From assembly GCA_013239625.1 (NCBI GenBank), contig MU053513.1:2592927-2656926 (forward strand): DNA of 64,000 nucleotides. The letters run 5' to 3'. Shown here piece after piece: positions 1 through 11,810 of the stretch. Source of the DNA: Lama guanicoe (taxonomy: Eukaryota). The translations under genes were made by a program, and so were the position numbers. The number at the start of each line of letters is the position of its first letter. Positions within the stretch are counted from its first letter, which is position 1. Below the pieces are notes generated by a model. It was not told the origin of the DNA. It ran no database searches and saw nothing but the letters and a program-made list of their open reading frames with translations.

Positions 1-195
1 ACCATATGCAACAGTAAGAAAAAACTGGTAAGACAAAAAATCTTATATGTATAGATACACTACTCAAAGTTCAAATTCTTATAGTTGGGAAATTTGCTAT
101 TTTAGTGTATTTTTCTGTTCATGTCTGTAATTAATGTTACCAAGATATGGTTCATAAGTAATAAAATTCACCAATTTTAAGTACAAGGCAATAAA

Positions 196-387
196 TTTTT
201 TTAAATTGAAGTATAGTTGATTTACAATTTATATTCTTTCCAGGTGTATGGCATAGTGATTCAGTATTTTTGCAGATTATACTCCATTATAAGTTATTAC
301 AAGATAATGGCTATGATTCCCTGTGCTAAGCAATATATCCTCATTGCTTATCTATTTTATATCTGCTAATCCCTTACCCCTAATTTG
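196..387 (-). mobile_element. L1 3' end, cetartiodactyl type, 5'-truncated
   Basis: T-run then 'attgaagtatagttgatttacaat...catagtgattcag...gttattacaagata...ttccctgtgct'. The same 3'UTR recurs many times in this window. Confidence 0.85.
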
Positions 388-445
388 TAATGCAGGAAGT
401 TTTCAAAATACAAATAGTTGTGTAACCACAACCAAAATCAAGATG

Positions 446-765
446 CAGGCATACCTACCTCAGAGATGTTGTGGGTTTGGTTCCAGATCACCACAATAAA
501 ATGAATACCATAATAAAATGTTACACAATGTTTTTGCTTTCCCAGAGCATATAAAAGTTATGTTTATACTATACTGTAGTCTGTTAAGTGTGCAATAATA
601 GCATGATGTCTAAAAAAACAATGTACAGAAATGACATGAAACTCTTCCTTTCACTTCAACACTTAGAGGCCATTGTAAGGTTATTAGTTGGCCTAATTTC
701 AAAATTGTCTTGTCTCCAGGAATAGGGACACCAGAGGAGAGGGAGAGAGATGGGGGAACAGTGGG
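446..765 (-). mobile_element. Internally deleted Tigger1 (TcMar) DNA transposon fragment
   Basis: Starts with the Tigger1 terminus 'caggcatacct...cagagatgttgtgggtttggttccagatcaccacaataaa', then jumps to 'aactcttcctttcacttcaacacttagaggccattgtaaggttatt', which lies near the other end of Tigger1 (recalled consensus). Confidence 0.8.
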
Positions 766-799
766 TCCCCATGGTAGCTTTATCCGAAACCACGTGACC

Positions 800-2500
800 A
801 TGTGTGCATGGTCTAATTCTGGACTTTCTATTCTGTTCAGTTATCACACTACCTTGACAACTGCAGATTTATAGTAAGTCTTGCAATCAGATAGTGTAAA
901 TCCTCCAACTTTGTGTCTGGTTTCTGAAGTCCCTTTTCTATTAGTTTAGTAGTCAGCTAGTGATTGGATAGAGATTTCCATGAACTCCTGGAACCAAGAA
1001 AGATTGCAGACTTTGCTGAGGGACTCTATGTGCGTGTTGGGACACTCCTTCCACACTCAGCCAGGCAGTTTACAGCTCTAACTTAACCTTTATTTCCTGC
1101 TCCCGTAGAGCCTCAAGGTCAGCAGAAGATGAGACCTTGGGGATTTCTGAAGCTCTCCTGGGTGCACACATAGCCTGAGCATGCACGTGGCCTTTGAGAT
1201 TCCCAGCCATATGTCAGAGCTATTCAAAGCCCTTACAGACATCTAATTTTCTGGTTTTTCCTCCTAAGCTTTTTGGGTAGTTTATTGTTTGTTCCAACGG
1301 TACCTTAGGCAGCAGCAGCTAAAACATTAGCCTGTAAATGTTTTCAACAAATGCCCCATGGGAAGCAGCTTTAGCTTTGGACCAAGTGATAAGAACAAAC
1401 CCTTTGAGCCTGTTTTCCAGGGAGCCACCAAAATCAGAACAAATAATTACAAGTCCCTCAAATGAGGCTCCTTTGCTCCCTCTGGTTTGGGGAATGAGGG
1501 CTGTTATCTTCATGGCAACTGCTGGGCTGAGAAGCAGGGGAGGGGACTGGGGTAAGTTAAAATGCCACAAAGTCCTCTATTCTTACTGAGAATTAGCTAT
1601 TTTTGTTGAATAACTGCGATCCAGACTGCTGCAAGCCTTGGGGTTAATTGTCCGAGTTCGGAAAAAGTTGATCCATTCTGAAAGTTTTTGTCAGTTTCTC
1701 CATTGCTTTTATGGAGGAACAGAAATGGGATCTCCTGGCTCCGCCGTTGTCGCTGGTGTCTTTCCTGTAACGGATTTTTCTTCTGTGAAGGAGTTGCATT
1801 TTCCTGATTCTTTACATGCCTCCCAGTTTTTTATTAGAGCTTAGACATTGTGAACTTCACAGTGTTGGATGCTGGCTTGCGGTGAATTCCTTTAAATACT
1901 GCCGGGCTTTGTTCTGGGATGTAGTCAAATTACTTAGAATAAGTTTTGTTCTTTAAAGGCTTATTTTTAATCAGGAGCTAATTTTGCTCCATTACTAATT
2001 AATACTCTTCTGAAGGACTCTATCCAATGCTGTAATTTATTTGGTGGGTTTTCTACCCTTGCTGGTTTGGACGCAGACTCCTCCCAGTCCTGTGGGAGCT
2101 CCCGGGAGTATTCCACCTACTCCCTTCCACCGCCTCTCCTCCAGATTTGGAATTTTGTGTGTGTGCTTGTGCAGATTAGACCAAGATGTCAGGGGACCCT
2201 TCTGCAGATCCCTGGAGTTGTGTCTTTGGGCAGTTCCCTCATCTCTGACATTCTGACCCTTGACATCTCTGTAATATGAAGTAGGTCTCTCAGCGTAGCA
2301 ACTGCTGGGATATTTGGCTTCCCCCTCTCTGCCCAGCCACCTGGAAACTCATCTCAAGCAAGAAACTGGGAAAATGGCAGGACTCAATTTGTTCTTTTTT
2401 TTTTTACTCTCAGGCAGCACTATCCTGTAGTGCCTGGTGTCCACTGAATGAAAACCAATGTTTCATCTACTTTGACTGGTTTTCTGGTTGTTTTTCTTTT
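800..2500 (-). mobile_element. Ancient L1M fragments (ORF2 piece plus 5'UTR/ORF1-region pieces)
   Basis: 'tttatagtaagtcttgcaatcagatagtgtaaatcctccaactttgt' is antisense L1 ORF2. 1780-2490 resembles 53800-54540 of this window (old L1M 5' end). Confidence 0.6.
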
Positions 2501-2543
2501 TTAAAAAAAAGTGTTTTATGTGATATAGTTGACTTTATTTTCT

Positions 2544-2580
2544 GGAAGGGGAGGTAATTAGGTGTGTGTATGTGTGTGTG

Positions 2581-2638
<58 letters not shown>

Positions 2639-2726
2639 ATTTTAATGGAGATACTGGGGTTTGAAACCAGGACCTCGTGCATGCTAAGCATGCACTCTAC
2701 CACTGAGCTATATACCCTCTCCTCCC
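2544..2726 (-). mobile_element. Camelid tRNA-Ala-derived SINE (Vic-1-like), long form
   Basis: The reverse complement reads as a tRNA-Ala(AGC)-like head (tatagctcagtggtagagtgcatgcttagcatgcacgaggtcctgg), a microsatellite linker and a 'cctaattacctcccc' module. Confidence 0.9.
2581..2636. repeat. (TATC)14 microsatellite inside SINE linker
   Basis: Perfect tetranucleotide array seen directly. Confidence 0.97.
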
Positions 2727-3894
2727 TTGCCAGTTTAAAGACCAGTCCTGTGGGAGGTCTGTCCCTCCCACTGATACTCTGTCATGGCCAGAAACAGAAA
2801 CATTCAGTAACACTTTAATTAACATGGATGCAAACAGCTCTTTGTCTTCTTGGTCCTTTTATCACCACTTTTTTTTCTTACATCCTACGCTTTCCTTCTG
2901 CTTGGATTTATTTTTATTTTGCAGAAGTATATTGTGGCAGAAGGGATTCTTGGGGAGTTGGCTTCTGAACCTTTGTGCACCTAAAACTGCATTCCTTCGT
3001 TTGTTGGCTTGGCAAATAAATCTATGTTCAAAATCGATACAGCTTAAAGACATTACTCTATTGTTTTCCAGAATCTTGTGATCCATGTAAGGGTTCTAAT
3101 ACCAATTTGTTGATTGTTTTTATCTCTTTAGAAGCATATCAAATTTTTTGTGTTTCTTGGAATTCAGAAATGCCTGTGTTCCATGAACCAAAACTCAATT
3201 GCTTTGATGGGAGGAGGATGTAGAAAGACATTTTAAAAATCTAACATTATGGAAGAAAACTGTGAAAAATGAAGGTTTCCCCCATAGAGTTTTATGAGCG
3301 CCTAGCCACTCGGACACTCTTTCTGATGCCTCAGGCTTGCTTTTGTCCCCAGGATTCCTGTCTGTGTCCTTATTACTTTGAACTTCCTCGTCCAGTCTGC
3401 CAATAGCTCTCACCTACTTTTGTAGGATATTTTGGGTCCTGTGAACCAGGTGTGTGCTACTTGTTTAGTTAACAGTCATCCATTTTGCATAGAAACATAG
3501 TCTGAACATTTTATTCTTCATGTCAAAAATTAAAGCTCAGAGAATTAGCTGCTAAAACGTATAGATTTTTACAGTTAAGTATACAAATATGCTGAAATTA
3601 GGTATATCAACTTCGCTGCTAGGTCTAAAAGAAAAATGTTCCAGGTAGAAATTCAGGTTCCAACATGAGAATGACATACACTTGCTGGTAAATGTTATAG
3701 CCTTTGAAAATTAATTTGAGGTTTAAATAGGCACAAAAGAATGATATTAGAGGTGATAATGTGTGAAAGGGACCATTTCAATGCCCATTTTCATTTCATG
3801 AATTATTCTTAAATTATGTAACGTCATAAAAATTGAAGCTAGCCTATGAAAGGCCACGGCTGTTGATTAAAAGCAGGAGAAACAGCTTTGCTTG

Positions 3895-3932
3895 CGCGCG
3901 CGCGCGTGTGTGTGTGTGTGTGTGTGTGTGTG
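3895..3932. repeat. (CG)6(TG)13 compound microsatellite
   Basis: Seen directly; uninterrupted purine-pyrimidine alternation. Confidence 0.97.
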
Positions 3933-4785
3933 TTTAATCTAGCGCATCTGCTCTACAGCATGAAAATGGCTGTTCCTTTCCCAAACATTCAGCAGAGACG
4001 AGGAAGACAAGGTAGATGCTTTTTGTAGGAACATGTAAGGACATGGTTTCTGAAATGCAAGTTTCAATATCATTCCACTGTAGTATATTCTGATAGGGGT
4101 TTCGTAGACACATGGAAGGTGGGAAGAGGTAAGTTACCATCTCCTGGGATTTTTAACACTGTATACACTGAAGTATTTGTTTAAATACTTTGATCAACAA
4201 TATTTATGGTGTTTCTCTCTATAGCTGTAGCACAAACTGTTTTCAGTGCCAAGAATGCATCTTTATGGCTGAAATAGGTTTAGGAGGGGTTTCATTTCCT
4301 ATGGGGCTCTGGACAAGTTGCAGAGTCCAACTGTACATTCTGGAAGGGGAGAAAATGCAAAAAGAGGTTGAAAGAATAAAATAAAGGAAGAAAATGTGAG
4401 ACAATACATATTTAGGAGTTAACCTTAGAAAATAGGACAAAACTGCCTCCAAATTTCTGGTGTCAATTTTGGGGTCTTCTCTATGCTCTCCCCGGCAGGT
4501 ATGTGGACTTGCTGATGGGGCGCTATGGGTGAGTCTTGGAATAGTGGGTGGAGGTTACAGGAATGCTACTGGATGGGGCTCCCACTGGAAAAAAGGGGCC
4601 TAGGGCTGGGCTTACTTAATGCATCAGTGTCCTGGCCTCTAATTTTCTTGTGCTTTGAAATGCAGATGGCAGAAAGCAACAACGGCAGGATGTTAATTTC
4701 AAAGGCCTTTGAAAGACTGGTAGAAAAGACGAGCTCTTTTGAAAAGAAATGCTTAAAAAGATTTTTTTTTTAAGGATAAAACAGA

Positions 4786-4900
4786 GGAGGGAAGGTAATA
4801 GCTCAGTGGTAGAGCGCATGCTTAGCATGCACAAGGTCCTGGGTTCAATACCTAGTACTTCCATTTAAAAAAATAAATAAAATAAAATAAAATATTTTTA
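4786..4900 (+). mobile_element. Camelid tRNA-Ala-derived SINE, short form
   Basis: 'tagctcagtggtagagcgcatgcttagcatgcacaaggtcctgggttcaatacctagtacttcca', then an A-rich tail. TSD aaggataaaa[c/t]aga at 4772-4785 and 4901-4914. Confidence 0.92.
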
Positions 4901-5374
4901 AAGGATAAAATAGAAACAAGACATGCTGAAGGCAGTGCAAAGAGAAGGGAAAGATCCAAGATTTAGGCAGAAAAACAAGCATGCTATCCAATGTAGAAAG
5001 TCCACTTCAGAATGAAGATCTTAAAAATATCTTCAAAAAACTACTGAGATATACTTGGGTAAGATAAAAATTGAGGGCAATATGGATTCCTTGTAACAAA
5101 TGCCAGGTCTCAGTCAGTATGAGCTCCTGCTACTGAAGAAACAGCATGTGGTCGCGATGGAGCGTCTGCATGGCTCTCCATTAAGTTGTGCCAAATCAAA
5201 ACTGCTGTGGCTATCAATAGAGCTGGTGAAGAAACTTTGGGCAAGCCAGATTCAGGGAAGTTTTCATTTTTTGAAAAGAGAGAAAAGCAAAGAGTCAAGC
5301 ATTTCTGTCTTGGGGAAAGAATTTCAGATAGCGGCAATGATTAATCCCACAAACCCCAGCTGCTTGCGTTCAAA

Positions 5375-5880
5375 TGCGGCACTTTGGTACATTACTGGTG
5401 ACAACTGCAAACTAGTATGATTCTCTTGAAAGCACTATGGTGACACAAAGCAAGAACTGTAGAGGCCGTCATAGCCCTTAACCCAGGAATCTCACCCCTG
5501 GGAGTGTGTCCTAAGGAAATAATTCCACAGAAGCAAAACATCTACATGCAAGAAAATATTCATTGTAGTAGCTTTATAATAACAACTACAAAAATGTCTC
5601 TGAGAAACAATATATGTATATAACAGTTGTGAGACTGTTTAGTAAATTATACAACACTAAGTCTATAGAATATTACTCAGCCATTAAAATTATGATTATG
5701 AGGACCATGAATAACAAGGAAAAATGTTTACACCATGACATTAAGAGAAAAAAGCTGAATTAAAGCACAATGTACATTATGACAGCATCTGTTTAAAAGT
5801 GTATGTGAGTGGGAAGAAAATGTGCAAAAAAAATTTATGTTAGTTTGATGGACTTATGGGTGATTTGTTTTCTTTTTCAA
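5375..5880 (+). mobile_element. Ancient L1ME 3' end
   Basis: 'ttaacccaggaatctcacccctgggagtgtgtcctaaggaaataatt...tattactcagccattaaaa' matches the old L1 ORF2 end/3'UTR. Confidence 0.7.
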
Positions 5881-6359
5881 AATAGGGTTTACTAAATGAT
5901 AAATGTATTTTAATAAAGTCTAGTGGAGATAGAACTGATAAAGTAGTAAATAATGAAGTAAAACTGGCAAAGAGGATATTCAGAGCAATGGTTTCTGACA
6001 CTTGTGGAAATGTTGTTGGTTTAGTTTAGCAGAGGGAAGTCACTGCAGGTGTTTACCTTTTATAACGAAAGAGGCTATGCAGGTGAAGTGAGTCCAGTGG
6101 GGCTGTTCTAAGTCTTGGTGTTAAGGCTATGGTTTATTTCCACAATCATCAGTTACAGAGATGGAGTGTAAGCAGAACTGACCCAACCAGTAGCTTAATA
6201 GAAGCAGATCTGCTAACTCCGGATTCCCCATCTCCAGTGACTACCACCACTGTCCACTCCCACCAAAACTTGCCTCCATGTGTTTAATACATACAAGTTC
6301 ATATGTAATATGAATGTATCCTTGTGTCTGCTTGTGTGTCTATATGTATGTTTGTTTTT

Positions 6360-7110
6360 ACCTTTTAAAAATTATGGGATATTTTATACATACAGAAAAC
6401 TATATGAAACCTGTACGTGCAGTCTACTCAATGATTATGAAGTGAACCATTGCATAACCATCGAGGCTTGAAGCTGGAATGTTGTCAGGATCTTAGAGGC
6501 TCCCAATTGTGGCCCCTTCTCTTGCCAACCAGTGGTACCCAAGGTCAGGAAGCACTACCCTGATTTTGGGGGGGTAATCATTCCCTGGTTTTGCTGGCTT
6601 TTTCTCATGGGTTCCGGGTGCATAGAATTGTATCAGTCATAATGCTTCGTTCCTGGCACATGATTATCACTGGCCTGTGCAGAGTCAGCTATTTTCATTC
6701 CATTTCATAATAATATGGTGAAACATGAATTCACCACCTAAGCCGAGCACGGGGCCATTGCCACTAACTCATAACTTCCTAAGTGCTCCTCAACTGCCCC
6801 ATTCCACTGCCTCCTTCCTAGAGGCATGCAGCATCCAAAACTGTGTATTACTCTTTCTCTGCTCTTTTGAGAAATAGTCTAACATTTTCATATATGTCTT
6901 CTTCCTCCTCCTCATGATGTTTAATTACGTCTGGGTTTGAATGTGCATGGATGGAGTTATACTTCACATATTCTTCAGTGACTTGATTCTTTCACGAAAA
7001 TTACGTTTGTAAGATTTAGCCCTGTTATTGTGCTATCTCTAGTTTGTTTGTTTTTTTTTCACTTCTAAGTAGCATCTGATTGTATGAATGCACCACAATT
7101 TATTTATTCA
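6360..7110 (-). mobile_element. Ancient L1M 3' end fragments
   Basis: 'tatacatacagaaaa...gtgaaccattgcataacc' and 'ttgtatgaatgcaccacaatttatttattca' are typical antisense old L1 3'UTR. Confidence 0.6.
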
Positions 7111-8119
7111 ATGTAAATCAGCCGATTTTATCTTGCACTAAATCAACTTTAATGATAGCCGTTTTATGATTGGCCAATCTTTTATGACTTCTATTTTTGG
7201 TAGCTGACCATTTTCTAAAATGTGGCACTGCCAGAAGATCACCTGCCTTATGAGAAAGGTAAGAAATCTGCTTTCAGACATATGGATGCTTATGTGTTCA
7301 CTCCCTCTCCGATTATTCCTGCAGCCACTGTAGTCATTCTCCTTGGATGATGCTTCTGACTCCATCAAGTAATGTGGTTCTTCTTGTTAATCATACCATA
7401 TGGCTTTCTCATAGACCCAAATCTATGTTGTGCTCTTTATTTTTCCATCTTGGCCACTGTGTTGTGAATAAATGAGCGAAGTAAGACACATTTACTGTAT
7501 TGCTTTGGAAGAAAGTGATTGTCAAAATGATACCATCCTACTCCATATATCTCTTCCCCAAGTGACAGAGCTGACTGCTTTATTGACAACAACAAATGTT
7601 CTCTTTTGAGGATGTTGCAAAGCCAATATAGCCAAGGAAGAGAAAAAAGAGCATCATTCAGTTTTCATCAGCAGCAATCAAATTATATCTGAAGTTTTAC
7701 TACAAAATTCATGTTAACAATATGTGAAAGACAGGAACGCTGGGACACTGATAGAGTTTTTGGGATGCACACATCTTTGTTAAATGTATCTACTTTTCTC
7801 TTTATAGGAAACTTAGTGGGACAAATAAACTATGAGCTACTCTCAGGTCAATTTTCCAGATACTTTTTTTAGTCTTATTTTGTGAGCAGGCTTATTGTGA
7901 AGGAGAACGGAGGGTAGAAGAATTCTGTCATCTAGTTTTATAATACCTTCTATTGAGGGTATTTATTTTCCCCTGTAACTTTTAGCAAGTTGTTTTCCCA
8001 AACTGTCTCCCTAGGACGGTGGTAGAACTCTCAAGAGTTATTTAACATTTGCTGCTTCATGAATACGTTTAAGTTCCTTTCACTGTTTATAGCAGTAGTC
8101 CCTCTATAATGTTGAGCAG

Positions 8120-8320
8120 AAGCAAAGTGTGTGGGCTCTGGACTCAGTTATTAGCTGTAACTTCGTGCGAGTTACTGACCCTCTCTAGTCTCAGTTTCCT
8201 CATCTGTAAAATGAGAATAATAAATGCATTTACCTCATAGGGATTAAATGAGAAAATATGTATAATCATTTAATACAGAGACAGGATGAGAGTGAATACT
8301 CAACAGTTAGCTATTATTGT
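8120..8320 (+). mobile_element. MIR SINE
   Basis: MIR core 'ctctagtctcagtttcctcatctgtaaaatgagaataata...ggattaaatgag' and end 'actcaacagttagctattatt'. Confidence 0.9.
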
Positions 8321-8727
8321 TCACTAACATCAGAGCAAATGAGCAGAGGAAGTAGACGTGTGGATAACAGTGGTTATGGTGTAAGGGGTGTGACCACATC
8401 TCATATCATGAACCATATTATTAAAAAGGCTTCTGTTTTTCTTACAAAACCCCCAAATTTACTCTCGACCAAAGAAATTTCCTGAGAGAACATAAAACTG
8501 AAATGAGTTGGACAAAATACAATGGTAGCCCATTGGCTGTAAAAGTTATTTTCAGCTTCTGAAGGAAATAAAAGCTAATGCAATGAATGAAAGTGAAGTA
8601 AAATAACCTTGAAAAGGATGATTAACTGATGAATAGAGGATTAGAAAACTCTTTAAAAGCAAATTGTGACTTAAATCAAAGCTTTTGGCTAATATTTGAG
8701 TATTTAAGAAATACTAGATGTCTTATA

Positions 8728-8990
8728 GAATACAAACTTGTGGTTGCCAAGGGGGCAGAGGGTGGGAAGGGACAGACTGGGATTTCAAATTTTAGAATAG
8801 ATGAACAAGATTATAATGTATAGCACAGGGAAATACATACAAGATCTTATAGTAGTACACAGAGGAAAAAAACGTGACAATGAATTATATATATACATGT
8901 TCATGTATAACTGAAGAATTGTGCTCTTCACTGGAATTTGACACAACATTGTAAAATGACTATCACTCAATAAAAAATGTTAAAAAAGAA
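8728..8990 (+). mobile_element. Young camelid-type L1 3' end with long TSD
   Basis: L1 3'UTR ending 'caataaaaaatgttaaaaaa'. Direct repeat aagaaatactagatgtcttata at 8706-8727 and 8991-9012; TT/AAGA endonuclease-type site. Confidence 0.92.
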
Positions 8991-10649
8991 AAGAAATACT
9001 AGATGTCTTATAAAAGAACTTTCAGCCTTATACTGAAACCCCAAAGCAAATAAACAAGCAAACAAAACCAAACAAATCAGGAGATGTGCAATGGTATACA
9101 GTAAGTTAAACTGTCTTACTGTTTCCCTATCCATCTTCATCAATGTAACCTCCCAAAGGAACGCAATTCATTGCATCAGATGGAAGAGGTGAGCCAGACC
9201 TGAGGATGTAGCACATCCAGAAATGTCAAGCAATAAAGGAAAGGCATTTACTTTATTACCATGATCATTGAAGACCAGGGATTAACAATCTCATAACCTC
9301 TGACCAATGTATCTTCCATTTGATGAGAAAGCCCTACAAATTTATCATGATAAAAGATAAATCAGAGCTCTTGAAAAACCATTAAGTCTTAAGTGTTAAT
9401 TTCCTTAGTGAAATCTTTGCTCTATCACCTTGTTATATATGAATCATGGCATTAAAGTGAAAAGGCAGTGCTCCTTGACGTTGAAGGCTCAGCTTTGTGT
9501 CTCCCAGACTAGGTGAGGTCCTTAAACTTTCAGTAAAATAGGCCAATTTGTAAGAGCCTATTTAGAAGGTCTAGAACAGGGAAAGGAAGGTCGTGCGGCA
9601 GGGTGGGGAGGATATCTGAACAAATGAAAAATGAAGACATGTTTCACAGAGATCTCACTGACTTTTAGAGATACTTTGAACAACAGTCATGGCCACTGGG
9701 GTGCTGTAATGACATGCCCCATTATAAAACGTAACACTAAGTAAACGTAGGAGTGGAAATTTAACAATTGAACATTTAATGGCTGCAATTATGGCAAAAG
9801 AATAATGAACCTATTAGACAGGAGAACTGGCAATTACTCTACAGCTTATTGGAATACAGCTGTGAAAAAGTAATACAGTGGCATACTTAAGAATGGTTAT
9901 TAAAAGAGGATAATGCATTCTGTTTACACTGACAGAAGCAATTTTTCTTTTGAAATGAAATGGGGCTTTTTGGCTATCAGACATATGAACTCAGATATGA
10001 TGAATCCTACTATTTAAAGGTAATGCATTTTCAGATATGCCTCTCTAGCTGTAAACGATGCCTCCACTCAGATCATAAGGGTGACATTTTTTTGGGTGGA
10101 AGAAATGGAAGAAGATGTCAAAATGGACTTATAAACACTAAATAAATCACCTGGAGAAGAGTGGGCTAAATTTTAAATGATCCAAATAGCTGCAATAAAT
10201 GAAACAGCTACAAGTTCAAAGATGAGGGTTGTCAAGAGAAGGTGTTCGGAACAATTACATGATCTATGAAATAATCCTTTTGGTGTCCAGGAGTGATGGA
10301 TGTGTCCCATTAAGTTTTTAAATGTATACACTTCTAAGTACAATTTATATGGCCTTCTCCATTTTCAGATGTAGCCTTCCAAATGTAGTTATCAGAACCC
10401 TGGGAATCAGCCAAACATCAGGCAGGCTGCACACAATAATCTAGACAAAGGTTCAGGCACTGAAATGCAGCTGAAGTGTAAGAAAAGTGTCTTAAGTGCA
10501 TTTGACAGAATGGAGCGAGGGCTCAGCCCTTCAAGACCTAGACGCCTGCCTGGAGACAGTTTTTGGAGGGAAAGCTACATTCTTGTAATAAGGTATCATT
10601 TCTGGTGATTTTCAAGATTGGAGGAATATAAAATAGAAGTCTCAGCTTC

Positions 10650-10880
10650 ACAGAATGCTGGCAATTCAGAGATCCTTGGGGGATGTCCTCTGGTCCATCC
10701 CTCAGCCTCCTGGCAAGCCCATAGTTAAATCACCTGAAACAGTCAGAGAGAATCCTCCATCTTGTCTTTTCCCTGAGGAAGATTTGAAAACTGGTGATTA
10801 TAATGAGAAACAAATGCATACGTCCCTCTCTGTGGGAAAAGTCTCATGGAAAGTCAAACTCAGATCCTCTTTTCTATTCC
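10650..10880 (-). mobile_element. CR1/L3 LINE 3' fragment
   Basis: 'cacagaatgctggcaattcagagatccttgggggatgtcctctggtccatccct' resembles an antisense L3/MIR3-type 3' end; highly diverged. Confidence 0.5.
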
Positions 10881-11184
10881 TCTCCTATAATGTTATAGGA
10901 CAGGATTAAAGCATGGTGAGCAGGACTTGAACCTCAACTTCCCTGGGAAACTGTTGTGCACGGATGCCCCACACGTTCCACTCTGAATTTTACAGCACTC
11001 AGATCAGGTCACATGGCTGGAGCTTCAAGCCAGGAGGAGACTTCCGTGGTGTGTTCTGTCTGGTCTGCAACCGTTTGGATGTCTGACACATGTGACAAGA
11101 ACAAAATACATTATTTTTTGACCTGGAAGGAAGTTGCTTAGGGCAAGGAGTGAGTGTGAAGCTATAAGACAATAAGATATTTTT

Positions 11185-11292
11185 ATAGTTTTAGGGTCAC
11201 AGATCTGTTTTGAGGATCAAATGGAATCTGTAGACAATCACCCCAGGAAAATGCACATACATATATATAGTTTTGCATGAAATTTCAGGGCT
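11185..11292. mobile_element. hAT-Charlie MITE (MER103C-like)
   Basis: 'gggtcacagatctgttttgaggatc...ccccaggaaaatgcacatacat...ttttgcatgaaatttcaggg' matches the recalled MER103C consensus. Confidence 0.7.
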
Positions 11293-11478
11293 AGAAACCT
11301 AGTAGGAAGCTGGCAGTCCTAGACTGAGACTCATATATAGGAAGTGGCCATTATCAACTTCTGCAGCTCCTTATCTAGATAAAATTTATCCAACGGCCAG
11401 TTCTCAAACATTTGATTTAACGAGACCAATGATAGGGGTGAAATGGAATCTACGTAATAATAATAAAAAAAAGATTAT

Positions 11479-11810
11479 GTCTGTTTCTGTTTTGTACATA
11501 GGTTCATTTGTGTCATTTTTAAAGTTTCCACAGACATAGAAAACAGACTTATGGTTACAAAGGGCAAAGGGTTGTGGGAGGAAAAAATTAGGAGTTTGGG
11601 ATTAACATATACACTCTACAGTATATAAAATGACAGACAACAAGGATCTTACTGTACAGCACAGGGAACTATATTAATAGCTTATAATAACCTATAATGG
11701 AAAAGGATATGAAAAATATATATATATGTATATCAGTATGCTGTATGCCAGAAACTAACATAACATTATAAATCAATGATACTTCAATAAGATAAATAAA
11801 TAAATACATA
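11479..11810 (+). mobile_element. L1 3' end with short 5' inversion
   Basis: 11479-11532 is antisense L1 ('gtctgtttctgttttgtacataggttcatttgtgtc...ttccaca'). From 11533 it is sense L1 ('gacatagaaaacagacttatggttac...cttcaataa'). Confidence 0.85.

Noticed and set aside
4790..4863. tRNA-Ala(AGC) gene (also the heads at about 2647-2720 and 38685-38766)
   Set aside because: A-rich tails, TSDs (for two of the three copies) and acceptor-stem mismatches show these are SINE copies, not tRNA genes.
7204..7258. Possible 55-nt plus-strand exon (ttggtag|...AAG|gtaaga)
   Set aside because: Stop codons in all three frames, weak acceptor, no partner exons.
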